DNA from: Ginglymostoma cirratum
Taxonomy: Eukaryota
Direction of reading: 5' to 3'
NCBI GenBank assembly: GCA_024137785.1
Contig: JAHRHZ010000040.1
Location: forward strand, 3,662,189-3,726,188
Length of the DNA stretch: 64,000 nucleotides
Shown here: positions 27,316 to 38,640 of the stretch, piece after piece
How positions within the stretch are numbered: the first letter of the stretch is position 1
Layout: each line of letters begins with the position of its first letter
The notes under the pieces: generated by a model
The model's database searches: none
What the model was told of the DNA's origin: nothing
Seen by the model: only the letters and a program-made list of their open reading frames with translations
Position numbers and translations under genes: made by a program

Positions 27316-27640
27316 AGGGCGGCGTGGTTGGCACTGCTGCCTCACAGCGTCAGAGACTTTGTTCGATTCCACTGTCCGGTGACTTTGTGTGGAGTTTGCA
27401 CGTTCTCCCCGTGTCTGCGTGTTTCTTCCCATAGTCCAAAGATGTACAGGTTAGCTGGATTCTCCATGGTAAATTGCCCGTAGTGTCCAGGGATCTGAAG
27501 GGTTGATGGATTAGCCATGGGAAATGCAGGGTTGCAAGGATTGGGTAGGGTGGTAAATCTGGGATAGATGCTCTTCAGAGGGTTGGTGTGGACTTGATAG
27601 GCTGAATGACCTCCTTCCAGACTGTAGGGATTCTATGAAT
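27316..27640 (+). mobile_element. HE1-like tRNA-derived V-SINE
   Basis: tRNA-like head (GCACTGCTGCCTCACAGC, GTTCGATTCC), V-domain TGTGTGGAGTTTGCACGTTCTCCCCGTGTCTGCGTG, CR1-like tail ending GGGATTCTATGA. Confidence 0.85.
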
Positions 27641-28799
27641 CCTTTCAACCTTAGGCCCTGGCCTTATTTTTGCTTGCTTAGTGCTGGCAGGATGCATTGA
27701 AATAACAACGGGAATTTGCTGGAAGAGCCGAGGTTTTGCACCTGAACTTTTTTAAAGCACGTCTTTCTGTAACTTGCCTTCTCATGCAAATGAGGTTGTA
27801 TATGGTTAAATATTCTACTGTTGACACTAATAGTTTGTAAATGTAGATTACATGTTTTAACAAGACTAAATATCCTCTTAACTAACTGCTTCTTGATTGT
27901 GTTTGCGTTTGCAGAGTTGAGAATCCAGGCATTTTTCAAAATAAAAGTTGCTATTACATAAGCAGCATGTTTGAGCTTTCTATTGCAATTCTGCCACTTT
28001 TTAACAACTCTGTATATGATTGCGATTTGAATATTAGGAATGTGAGTATTGCTTTTCCTTTGTTAATCTGGACCCCCTTATTACTGAAAGGAGCTGACCT
28101 AGCTTTTCCTTTTTATAAAAATCTTTGCATGGCAATGTAGTAGATGATAAAGTAGCTAACAAGTGGCTGTCTAGGTTCTGTGATATTTGGCTGGTTAAGC
28201 AACATTCTTTGAAATACATTGATATCAGCCTCTTCATTTTTCAACCATTAGTTTCATCAAGTGCTGTTTGATTATATTCACACTTCATGCATGTGTTTCC
28301 ATATCAACCTGTGTAATCATCTCTCCTGACTGTATACCAAAGTGCTGCCACCTCTGCTGCATCTGTCCTGCCAGTGGGACAGACCATGTATGGTGATGGT
28401 GATGTTTGGTACATTGTCTGGAAGGTATGACTCTCAGGCTGGTGCGTGACTAGTCTGTGAGACAGCTCTCCCAAATTTGGCTATAGCCACTAGCTATTAG
28501 TAAGGAGGACTTTGCAGGGTCAACAAGGTTTTTTCTGCTTTTGTCTTTTCCGGTGCCTAGGTCGAATCAGGGTGATCTGTCTCGTTTCATTTCTTTGAGA
28601 CTTTTTGTGGTGACTGATACGACTAAATGGTCTGTCAGGACATTTCAGAGAGCTGTTGAGTCAACCATGTTACTGTGGGTCTGGAGTCATACGTAGGCCA
28701 GACTAGGCAAGTATGGCAGATTTCCTATCCTGATGGACATCCGGGAGCCAGGTGGGTTTTTCTGGTGATTGGCAATGGTTTCAAGGTCACCAGTGGAGT

Positions 28800-29555
28800 C
28801 GTAGAGTCAGCCATACAGCATGGAAACAGACTCTTTGGTCCAACACATCCAGGCTGACCAGACATCTGAATCTGAACTAGTGTTTGCCAGTATTTGGTCC
28901 ATATCCCTCTCAACCCTTCTTATTCATATACCCATCGAGATGCTAGAGGCGTAATTGTACCCATCTCCACCGCTTCCTCTGGCAGTTCATTCCATACGCA
29001 CACCACCTTCTCTGTTAAGATGTTACCCCTCAGGTCCTTTTTCAAATCTTTCCCCTCTTGCCTTAAACTTATGCCCTCTAGTTTTAGACTCGCCCATCCA
29101 AGGAAAATTGTCTTGAGTGTGGATAGGCTGAATAACCCCTCCATGATATTATAAACCTCTATAAGGTCACCTCTCAGCCTCTGACACTCCTGGGGGAGAA
29201 AGTCCCAGCCTATTTTGCCTCTCCCTGTAACTCGAACACTCCAGTCCTGACAACATCTTGTAAATCTATTTGGAACCCTTTTGAGTTTAACAACAACCTT
29301 CCAATAGGAAGGGGACCAGAATTGTACACTGTCATCTAAAAGTGGGCTCACCAATGTCCTGTACAGCCGCAGTGTGATGTCCCAATTCCTATACTCAATG
29401 TACTGATCAATAAGGGCAAGCGTACCAAACATCACCTTCACTACCCTGTCTATTTGTGACTCCACTTTCAAGGAACGATACACCTGCACCGCTAGGTCAC
29501 TTTGGCAATATTCCCTGGGCTCTACCATTTAACTGTACATGCTGCCTGTCCTTGA
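28800..29555 (-). mobile_element. CR1 LINE 3' fragment nested in older repeats
   Basis: ORF 28920-29528: LRLYRTLVSPLL..VQFWSP...VWNELPEE. Confidence 0.9.
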
Positions 29556-29910
29556 CTTTCGAAGTGATGAAGGCCATAGGTTTGAGAGGTGCCATTGATG
29601 AAGCCTTGGCAAGATGCAGTAGTGTATCCAGTGGACGTTAGACATTGTAGCCATAGTATACAGGTAGTGAAAAGAATGAATATTGACGTGGGGGGATGCT
29701 AACCAAACAGTGGCTAGTTACCAAGCTTCTTGAATGTTGTTGGAGCTACATTGATCCAGGCAAGTGGAGAATATTCCATCATGTACATGCCTGTGCTGTG
29801 TAGATGGTGGACAAGCCGTGGGAAACCAGGATGTGAGGCAATCGCTGTAGAGAACCTGGCTTGTAGCCTGTTCTTGCAGCCAAAGTGTTTGTGGCTGGTG
29901 CAATTGAATT

Positions 29911-30074
29911 TCTGAAAATCCTCCTGTCAGTTTTCCTACTCAAAATCAACAAACTTTTATTGGAGAAAATTATCTCCATGGTCTATGCAGTACCATGGAA
30001 CACCATATGCCACTTATTCACTCCACTATATATGCTACATATTTTCCAATAAGGTGGTATGGGAAATATCTCAT
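29911..30074 (-). pseudogene. Nested-gene exon with WHMVFHGT motif, running into a LINE insertion
   Basis: Strong acceptor ctgctttcttcaAG; the phase-1 start joins the 31459 exon (T+AT=Tyr). Translates EIFPIPPYWKICSIYSGVNKWHMVFHGTA*TMEIIFSNKSLLILSRKTDRRIFR. 3' end uncertain. Confidence 0.6.
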
Positions 30075-30370
30075 CTTGAAGAAAGCAGGTTGGGGGTGAG
30101 AAAATGGAGAAAGGGATGATTTATAGCCAAAATACAATGGTAACGAACAGATGAGGGTGTTTTGAGTAGCTGGTAGTGTGTTCAGATTCTTGTGGAATCT
30201 GACACTTAAAAATTTTTGAAAACGTTTTGTACTTCAGTCACAGCTGCCTCGCTGTCAGGTGAAAAGGGATGTGGTTAACAACAGAATAGGAACTGAAATC
30301 AAAGATAAACCACACAGCAGGGCACAGACTTCAAGGCTACAAGGCAGAATGGAGTAGGTACGCTGGAAGA

Positions 30371-30692
30371 CAGCACAATGGCTCAGCAGTTAGCACTGCT
30401 GCCTCACAGTGCTAGGGACCTGGGTGACAGTCTGTATGGAGTTTGCACACTGTCATCATGCAGGTGTAGGTTGCCTCCAGGCGGTCTGCTTTCCTCCAAA
30501 GATGCGCAAGTGAGGTGGATTGGCCAGGCTAAATTGCCCACAGTGTCCTGGGATGTGTAAATTAGGTGGATTGGCCATGGGAATTGCAGGGTTACAGGGT
30601 AGGCAGTGAGAGTCTGGGTGGGGTGATCTTTGGAGAGTTGGTATGGACTTGTTGGGTTGTATGGCCTGTTTCGCACTGTAGGGAATCTATGT
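30371..30692 (+). mobile_element. HE1-like V-SINE
   Basis: Same head, V-domain and tail organisation as the 27316 copy. Confidence 0.85.
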
Positions 30693-31458
30693 ATATTCTA
30701 TATACCTCCAAACTCAGGCCTAAGTATCCTGTATAGGAGAGAGGGGATGAAATGAATCCTGTGTCGAATCCTGAGAATAGAGATGAAAGGCAACAGAAGC
30801 AGGATTAATGGATCACAGAATTGGGAACTGTCTGTTACAACAGTTGAAAATTGCTTGATTTATCATTTTTCCCCTTGCCGCATAATCAAATTTGTTAGCT
30901 GGACCAGCACTGACTATAATCTTAGTTAAGCAAATTCACGTATCAAGCAACAGGAAGTTGTGCCATGCCCACAATTCATGGAGATTATTGCAGAAAGGTG
31001 CCCCTGACCATAGCAAACGGTTTGATTTTAAACTCCTGAATTATTTCTTAGATTTTTCATTGGGTTCCTAATTCCTGGTACTTTTTACTGCATTCAAATC
31101 CTACCATCTGCCATGGCAGGATTCGAACTGGGTCCCTGGAACATTAGCCGAGTTCCTGGATTAATAGTCTGGCAATAATACCACTAGGCAGTTGCTTCCT
31201 GGACCTCGTACTATCAGTCACTAAAGACTGAAGTGTAAACCCCAACCCCTAGAACTTCCAAGATGCGGTCTGGCCTCTTCACCTTCCCCAGGCCAACCTC
31301 CCACTGCTTTGCATTTGATCAGAAGCTAGAAAGCCACGGAAGCTGCTGTGAGAGTACTGAATAATCACCAACAGTTCAGAAGTGTTGGCCTGGGATTTGT
31401 GGCTGTGGTTGTGCAGGTTTTTTTTCCTGATGTGCAACCAGGCATGCATACAGCTTAC

Positions 31459-31667
31459 AGAGATTGCTGATTCCTAATGAATGACTACCAAATGTCGTAG
31501 AATATTTTCCAGCTTCACGAGATAGGTTTACAGGTTCAGTGTCAAATTCTTTAAAGTTTTCCAGGTCATATCGGGTATGCGTGGACTTCTGGGCTCAAAT
31601 AAATTCAACTGACCTCTGACAAACTGCCTTGAATTCGTAAAGGAGTTTCACAGCATCTTCTGCAATT
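31459..31667 (-). pseudogene. Nested-gene exon (209 nt, phase 2 to 1)
   Basis: gttcaccAG|A ATT...CTC T|GTaagc. 69 codons with one TGA: IAEDAVKLLYEFKAVCQRSVEFI*AQKSTHTRYDLENFKEFDTEPVNLSREAGKYSTTFGSHSLGISNL. Locally more CpG than the flanks. Confidence 0.65.
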
Positions 31668-32420
31668 CTGGTGAACGAATATCATTGACAGTTCACTTTG
31701 CTAGCTGTTTTTAGGTGTCCTTTGCATAATTACAAGCATCTATGTCCATACATTCACTACTCGAGAGTAAATACTCAATCATTAGCAAATGTAACTCCTT
31801 TTTGTCAGAATAAAATAGGAATATCAAAACATTTTACATAGGTATTCCTTTAGAGAAGAGTTTTTAAGATTACAAAAGCTGAATTTCATGGGCAGTCATG
31901 TCAGCAGTACCATGGATCATAACTTTGGATCTTACTGTAGTTTAAATCTGCAACAGTACAAGTTGCTTCTGGACCAGGACTCCAATGATGGTGATCAAAG
32001 ACCACAGCACAAGGGGTTGTTCCTGGTTTGCAGAGTCTGAAGGGGTATACAACTAGACTTCAAATATGCCATAAGCAGTGGGAATGCTGGAAGCTCTCGG
32101 CAGTGCCAAGCACTTGTGCCTCTCCTGCTGCATGATTTCCCCCTAAGCAAGATACCCATTGCTGAACAAAGCACCAGGTGAAAATGAGAAAATTCTGCCC
32201 ACTGTATTCATCACCTAATTATTCAAACAACACAAAAGATGTCAAATGATGTATTAACTTCTGTAAAGAAATACAAACTGTGTTCTGAAAAATAACAGGT
32301 GATAATGTATTATTAACTCCAACAGTTTCTGCAGTTTGAAAATCGAAACCACCCTTTAGGGTAGTGCATGACGAATTAACAACCTTTTATTAGTGGGCCA
32401 ACTTAACTTTTAGCCCAAAC

Positions 32421-32546
32421 CGTCAGGTTTCTAGTTTTGTTTTAATTCCTCAGTGTCAGTACGAGCACCATTCCTCGTGGCACAAATTGAGAAATAGAAC
32501 TCTGCCCAAAGAAAAGTCAGTCTTAATTGCACAATATTGTACAGCC
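32421..32546 (-). pseudogene. Nested-gene exon (126 nt, phase 2 to 2)
   Basis: tattttgcAG|G GCT...CG|GTttgg (weak donor). Translates AVQYCAIKTDFSLGRVLFLNLCHEEWCSY*H*GIKTKLET*(R); phase fits the 31667 acceptor; all three stops are TGA. Confidence 0.45.
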
Positions 32547-32599
32547 CTGCAAAATACAGCATTCTTCATTCTCCTTTAATGTATATGGTATAACTGATA

Positions 32600-33540
32600 A
32601 GTGTGCTCTGGCAGTGAGATACTGCAAGGATCAGTGCTTTGGCTCCACTTAATCACAATATCTACCAGTGTTTTGGATGTGGAGACCAAATGAAACATAC
32701 GAAAACTTGTTAATGACAACAATAGGTAAGCAGTCAGGAGGATAACAGATGGCTTCAAGGACTTGAACAAGCTAAATCGGCAAGACAGCCACAGATGGAA
32801 TATAGCGTGAATAAGTGAGAGGTTATCCACTTTGGTAGGGAAAAAACAGAAATGCAAAGCATCTCTTTTTTTAAAAGTGAAAGAGGGTGGGGAGTGTTGA
32901 TGTCTGAAGAGAAACTGGATGTCCTTGTTAATGAGTCACCTAAAAGTTAGCATCCAGGTGTAGCAAGCGATTAGGAAGACAGATGGAATATTGGCATGCC
33001 TTACAAGGAGATTTAAATGCAGGAGTAAAGATGTTGTGCATAGGTTTTATAAAGTATTGGTGTATAGCTTTTGTCTCCTTATCTAAGGAAGGATGTGCCA
33101 TGCTAGAGATGAAATACAATGGAGACTAATCCCTGGGAGGGCGAAACTGTGCTTTTGAGAGTGGTCCTGTATTTGCTCAAATTTTGAAGAATGAGGTAAT
33201 TGCATTGAAATTTACAGAATTATTGTAGTGCAGACTGTTATGGCAAGGTCAACACGGTAAGGATGTTTCTGCAGGCTAGATTTGAAAGTCCCAGAATAAG
33301 TGGTGGGTCACAAGACCAATGAAGGTGGTAAATTTTGGTAATTCTCTAGTCAAAGGACTGTGAAGGCTTAAATCACCTGTGCAGGTACAAAACAAATTAA
33401 TACATTTCTTGATATTAATGATGTCAAGGGACAAGAAGATTGTGAAGGGGAGATGGTGCAGAGGTAGATAATCAGCTGTGGTCTATAATTGCAGAACAGA
33501 ATTAATGGCCTACTCCTGCTTAAATTTCTAAGTTCCTGTG
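32600..33540 (+). mobile_element. CR1 LINE fragment
   Basis: LQGSVLW (PQGSVLG) and EVIHFGRKK motifs; TCCTGCT..GTTCCTGTG tail. Confidence 0.75.
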
Positions 33541-34159
33541 TTCACATAATTAAGGATTTCTAATTTTATTATAAATCAAGAAACTGAAGTCGGTTGATGC
33601 AAGTTCCAGCATCCTGGAATTGCCATCAAGAATAAAATTTCTATTTGTATCTTTCTTTTGATCTTTGTGCAAAGTTTTATGCATGAATGATTACACAGTT
33701 GACAAGAAACTGGGAAATCCATGATAACGTTTGTTAAAACCTATAACCATAAAATATAAAAATACTACAAGATATTGTAACTGCAACGTAATTAAGTCAT
33801 ACCAGACACTTAGAATCAGCCAAAACAAGCTGTCACTTCCTTTTGTTGCATGAATGATCAGTCAATAATTTGTATGTAGAAGTGTGGCTTGCAACTTTTC
33901 TGGATGCCACATTATAGATGAAACACTAAAATGAAAACTTCAGTAGACATTCAACAACATCGGAGGCAAGAATATAAAAACACAAAACGTTGGAAATTCT
34001 CAGCAGGTCTGGCAGAATCTGTGGAAAGTGGAAGAGTTAACATTTCAAGTTACTAAATTTGCCAGGACTCTGTTTTTTCCAGAAACAGAGCACACTGTCA
34101 TCAGCCAGGTGCTGGTAGACCTGTGGCATTTTGAGCATTGTTTTTATTTCTGATCCTTT

Positions 34160-35340
34160 TTGATTAGCAGCAGCTTAGCTTTGGATGAGCAACTGGAGGG
34201 AAGAAAGGACATTACCCTAGCAAACTGCTGCAGAGATGTCCTAGAGCCGAGACAACTAATCTACGACAACAGCAACCATCTACCTATCTGCCAGGGTATG
34301 GCTCCAACCTGTGGAGGCTTCTTCCTCCCCCTGCCCGGTTACCACTGATTTTTTGGTCTTGCTGGAACTCCTCGATACCATATTCTGTTAAATACAGCCT
34401 TGGTGTTAAGGATAAACATCCCTCTGAAATTCTGATCTTTTGCCCTTGTTTGAACGAAGGCTGTAGTGAGATCAGGAGCTGAGCAGGTTATTGCTGAGCT
34501 GGTGCTGTTTGATAGCACTGTTGATGACACCTTCCATCTCTTTACTGATGATTGAAGTAAACTGATGGGGTGGTACCTGGGCAGGTTGGATTTGCTGTTC
34601 TTGGTCTAGAGGACATAACTGGGCCAGAGATGCCAGTGTTGTAGCTGTACTGGAACAGCTTTGGGTAGCAGCAAGTTCTCGAGCGCAAGTCCTCGGTATT
34701 TTGACTGTAATGTTGTCAGTCTATAGCATTTGCAGTATGCATTGCCTCCAGCTGTCCCTTGATATCTTGTGGACAGAATTGACTGAAGACTGCCATCTGT
34801 GATGATGGGCACCTCTGACTAAAAATTTTTGCAGATGCTTCAGTCTTGTCTTTTGCTCCGATGTGCTGGGCTCTCCCATTATTGAGGATGGGGATATTTG
34901 TGAAGCCTCCTCCTACAGTGTGTTAACTGTCCACCACCATTCATGATGGGATGTAGCAGGGCTGCAGAGGCAAGAGTTGATGACTTGGTTGCTTTAATTA
35001 ATCACTTAATTCTATCACTTGCTGCTTATGTTGTTTGGCATGCAAGTAGTCCTGTTTGGTAGCTCCACCAGGTTGCCGCCACTTTTATTTATTTATTTTT
35101 TTTAAGGTATGCCTGATGCTGCTCCTGGTATGTCCTCCTGCACTCTCCTTTGAGCCAGGGTTGATGCTCTGACTTGATGGGACTGGTACATAGGGGGATA
35201 TGCAACACCACAAGTTTGTAGAATGGGGTGCAATTTAGCTGTTGCTGATGGCCCAAAGCACATTATGGATGCACAGTCTGAGTTGCTAGATGTGTTCAAA
35301 GTATACCCCATAAAAGTGGGAACAGTGCCACACTACAGGA
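34160..35340 (-). mobile_element. CR1/L2-clade LINE fragment of a second family (other pieces at ~20200-20790, 28325-28640, 29560-29910, 38640-39330, 44400-44760, 47690-48670)
   Basis: KAVFNRIWYRG and SAPDLTTAFVQT RT motifs; shared 3' region ACAGCTCACCACCACC...CACATCCC among plus-strand copies. Confidence 0.7.
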
Positions 35341-36313
35341 TGCACAATACCTAACCTAATGGTGATCACAACCATTGTCTTTTGTTGTAAACACACATCT
35401 GGTTCACTCATGTCCTTTAGCAAAAGAAATCTGACATCCTTACCTGGTCAGACTTCCAGAAAGAGAGACCCAGAGCAAACAGCTTTATTTTCAGCTGCCA
35501 TCTGAAACAGGCCTAGCAAGCCAAACATTTGAAATAGCAATTAGGGATGCGTCATAAATACTGGCCCAGCCACTATGCCCACAACCTGTGAATGAGTTCA
35601 AAATGCATGAAGAAGAGTTTGTTCTCTGCAAGGACTGCAGTGGTTCTTCTGACTGATACTTTTATGGACTGATGCATCTGTGGAAGAAAAATTGCTGTCA
35701 GAGGACAAGTATGGTTTCCCTCCCCCCCCCCGCCCTTTCCTACTTCAGCCTTCAGCCACAGTGGAAGATCTTGGAGGGAAGCTGCCTTTTAATGCTCTCG
35801 ATACTCAGGCCTAGCACAGCTACCAGATTTAAGTGAGGTGTTTTCACAGAGGTGATGCTGGTTCCCTCCTGTTGTGTAGACTGCAACCCATTATCACTGT
35901 GGCAAATTTAGCCTTTTTTTTGTTTTGCCACAAATCCATCTCTTAGATCAGATCTGGTTTGGAGTGAACTCTAGCATCATGCACCTAGAGTTTTAAATGG
36001 CAAAGCAAGAATGTTCAGACATAAAAGGTGACATTACAAGAAGGACAAGAACAAAATTCTCTTCACCCTGCTTTAGAGGAATTCAAAAGAGCCACAATGA
36101 AGCTGAAGTTAGTATTTGTCAGGATTAAAACAGGGACTAAAAATTGAATTTCTTAAAATGAAGACTAACGTTAATAGATTTTAAAAAAACTTAAGTATAC
36201 AAATATTTTGCAAGAAGAAATTGACCCTTTTTTCACTGCCCTGCAGTGTAGAATAAGAACATACTTAAATTATTTTGTCCCTTCATCAGCATTAAGAAAT
36301 GTAACTGCCTTAC

Positions 36314-36393
36314 CATTGTGTTATGGCAGATTGTGGGCAGACTGGTTTGCTTTATTAAGGTTTAGTTAACGGTCTTAATCATTCCACTTTTAT
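36314..36393 (-). pseudogene. Nested exon-like unit (80 nt)
   Basis: ggttttcAG|ATAAAAG...CACAATG|GTaagg. Canonical sites; reading frame ambiguous (best frame has one stop). Confidence 0.45.
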
Positions 36394-36947
36394 CTGAAAA
36401 CCATTTAAAACCAGTAGTGTAATCTGAACTAGCTAATAAAAGATGACTTGAGTTGAGTGGGTAGATTTTTAGTATGCACAGGGTAGTCTCGGGCAATAAC
36501 AGTGGTGGAGGATACAATAAATTGAGTTGATCAGAACTAAGCCATGGACAAGCTGCTTCTGTGCCTTGGAGTCGGTGTCAGTTACAGTTTGGTAGAAAGC
36601 AAAGCAACTGGAACAGCTCCTCAAATGTAATGTTTAAATCTTGACCAGAACTACTCTTGCATCTCAGATCAAATGTGCACAATAAGATACCAGAAACCAG
36701 GTGAACCCAAGTAATCATTGATCAGGACGTGGGAGGTCTCCTGATCTGCTCTAGTAAATGAGACGTGTCTGGCTGAACAGGAGTACAAAGTAAGGCCTAG
36801 GTTTAATATCAAATCTAAAAGGATCTACCTTTACCTCCAACAATTTGAAATAGAATAGTAGCCTAGACTTTGTACAGAGTCCTAAAATATAATTCGAGTA
36901 TACACCTTATTACTAATGGATGGTTTGGCATTCAGCAGATCACTTAC

Positions 36948-37014
36948 ATTTATAGAGTGCTGAAGTGGGTAAGGAATTTTTTTTTACCATAAGAGAATGT
37001 GATGGATTTCCAGT
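36948..37014 (-). pseudogene. Nested exon-like unit (67 nt)
   Basis: tttttttccaccAG|ACTGG...TAAAT|GTaagt. Strong acceptor and donor; contains an A9 run that could hide a frameshift. Confidence 0.5.
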
Positions 37015-37291
37015 CTGGTGGAAAAAAATAGTTTGACTAGGAAGGTGGCGTATGATTGAAAGGGAGGGTTACTTTTAGTTAGCAATGAACATAACAAGTG
37101 GCAAGGCACAGTAAGGAAACGAACAGAAGAGTAAGTAATTTATGGATTGTTCTTATTTATCACAAACTCCAATAGTTAAGCTTTTTAGAAGATCACAAGG
37201 TTTCTTTACTGGCAACACTGTACACTCTCCTCATAAATCACAAGCCCCTTATTAAAACCCCATAGACCAAAAAACAACAATCCACCCAGAA

Positions 37292-37404
37292 CTAGGCCCG
37301 AAATGTCAGTCTTCCTGCTCCTCTGATGCTGCTTGGCCTGCTGCGTTCATCCAGCTCTATACCTTATGTCAGATTCTCCAGCATCTGCAGTCCCTATTAT
37401 CTCT
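37292..37404 (+). mobile_element. Short Penelope terminal-repeat insertion, 5'-truncated within hammerhead stem II
   Basis: 13-bp TSD AATCCACCCAGAA (37279-91, 37405-17). Confidence 0.85.
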
Positions 37405-37471
37405 AATCCACCCAGAAACAAATGTGTTTCTTCATTTGTGTATTTTTATTCAGTTTTATAGTTGTTTTCAC

Positions 37472-37542
37472 CTGAGTTCAAACTAGGTACATAATTTTTC
37501 AAAATGTCATTTTGCCTGTATCTTTACCCAAAGCCAAGCTGA
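37472..37542 (-). pseudogene. Nested exon-like unit (71 nt)
   Basis: tatttttgcAG|TCAG...CTCAG|GTgaaa. Translates QLGFG*RYRQNDILKNYVPSLNS and joins the next unit as DWKSITFSYGKKK. Confidence 0.45.
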
Positions 37543-37899
37543 CTGCAAAAATAACAATCTTTTTCACTTAATTGTAAAGCCTTCAGATCATCTTATCAAA
37601 GTACTTGTAGCTCAATGTAACATTAAATGGTATTTGCTGAAGAGTGACCAATGGATTTATGTCCAACTCTTTCTAGCTCAGAGTCAAACTGTGATTGCTG
37701 CATTCAGTTTATCCATTCTACATAAAATTAACAATTTTCTAAACGTATATTTGTTGAAGCAAGTTTTCTTTAGTTATGGCTTTTAAGCCATTGAGACAAG
37801 TTTCAAAGGACATAGATGAGGACACTAAATATATAATTTTCCAAAGTTCTCCCTATTCTTTATATTGAAAGGGTGTGGATTTGCTCTGCTGTTCAAGCC

Positions 37900-38640
37900 A
37901 ATAGAAGAAAATGAGGAATTATAGAAGAATTAGTCAAACAACTTTTTATTGGCCAATAGTTATAGTCTGTAATTAAAAAATAAGATGACTGAGCATCTTG
38001 TTAATTTTCAACTGATTAGAGAGCATCAGCATGGACACAAAGGATAGATTGTGCCTGACAAACCTGACTTTCACGTGTTGAGCAAAGAAATGGACAGTGC
38101 AATGTCTGTGGGTGTTTATATGGGCTCCAGAAGGCATTCCATAAAGATCCTTATAAGAAGCAACAAGATAAAGTTGAAGGTCATGGAATTGAAGGTAAAT
38201 TATTAGAATAGTGTGACAGAGTAGCGATCTTGAACTGTTAATTTTATTGACAGAATATGACTAGTAGTGTCCCACAAGATTGTGCTGGAATTCCAACTAT
38301 TTATTACGTTTGTTAATAGTTCAGATGGCCATGTGTCTATGTTTACTGATGACACAAATATTTGTTAGTATTGGAAGCTGTGAAATTTCATAGCACCCAC
38401 ACAAAAGGTTATTGATAGATTAAGTGAATAGACAAAACTGGTGAATCGGTTTCAAAGTAAGCAAAGGTGAGATTATCCACTTGCAATCTGAAAAGGATCA
38501 ACAGACTACCTTCTAAGTGGTGAAAAACTCAACAGTGGAGGTCAAAGGTACAGAAAAAAAGAAATCAAAGGCCAAAAGAATGCTGGCCTTTATATTTAGA
38601 GGACTAAAGAGACAGAACCTATACAAAACCCCAGCAAAAC
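37900..38640 (+). mobile_element. CR1 LINE RT fragment
   Basis: SQHG, CLTNL, FTDDT (FADDT) and EIIHL motifs. Confidence 0.75.

Larger units (their letters stand above)
23903..37717 (-). pseudogene. Candidate decayed multi-exon gene nested antisense in the large malic-enzyme intron (possible ADP-ribosyltransferase-like domain)
   Basis: Series of minus-strand pyrimidine-tract+AG / GT-bounded units, several phase-compatible, with near-open reading frames broken by scattered stops. Outer boundaries are uncertain. Confidence 0.55.

Noticed and set aside
27316-27375. tRNA gene
   Set aside because: tRNA-like head of a SINE; no cloverleaf, and it continues into the V-domain.
28920-29528. 202-aa ORF as a host gene
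   Set aside because: Frameshifted CR1 ORF2 C-terminus.
33560-33740. Protein-kinase-like LHKD...NFILD...DFS reading in a nested exon-like unit
   Set aside because: Motif spacing is wrong and all three frames look comparably plausible; the frame cannot be assigned.
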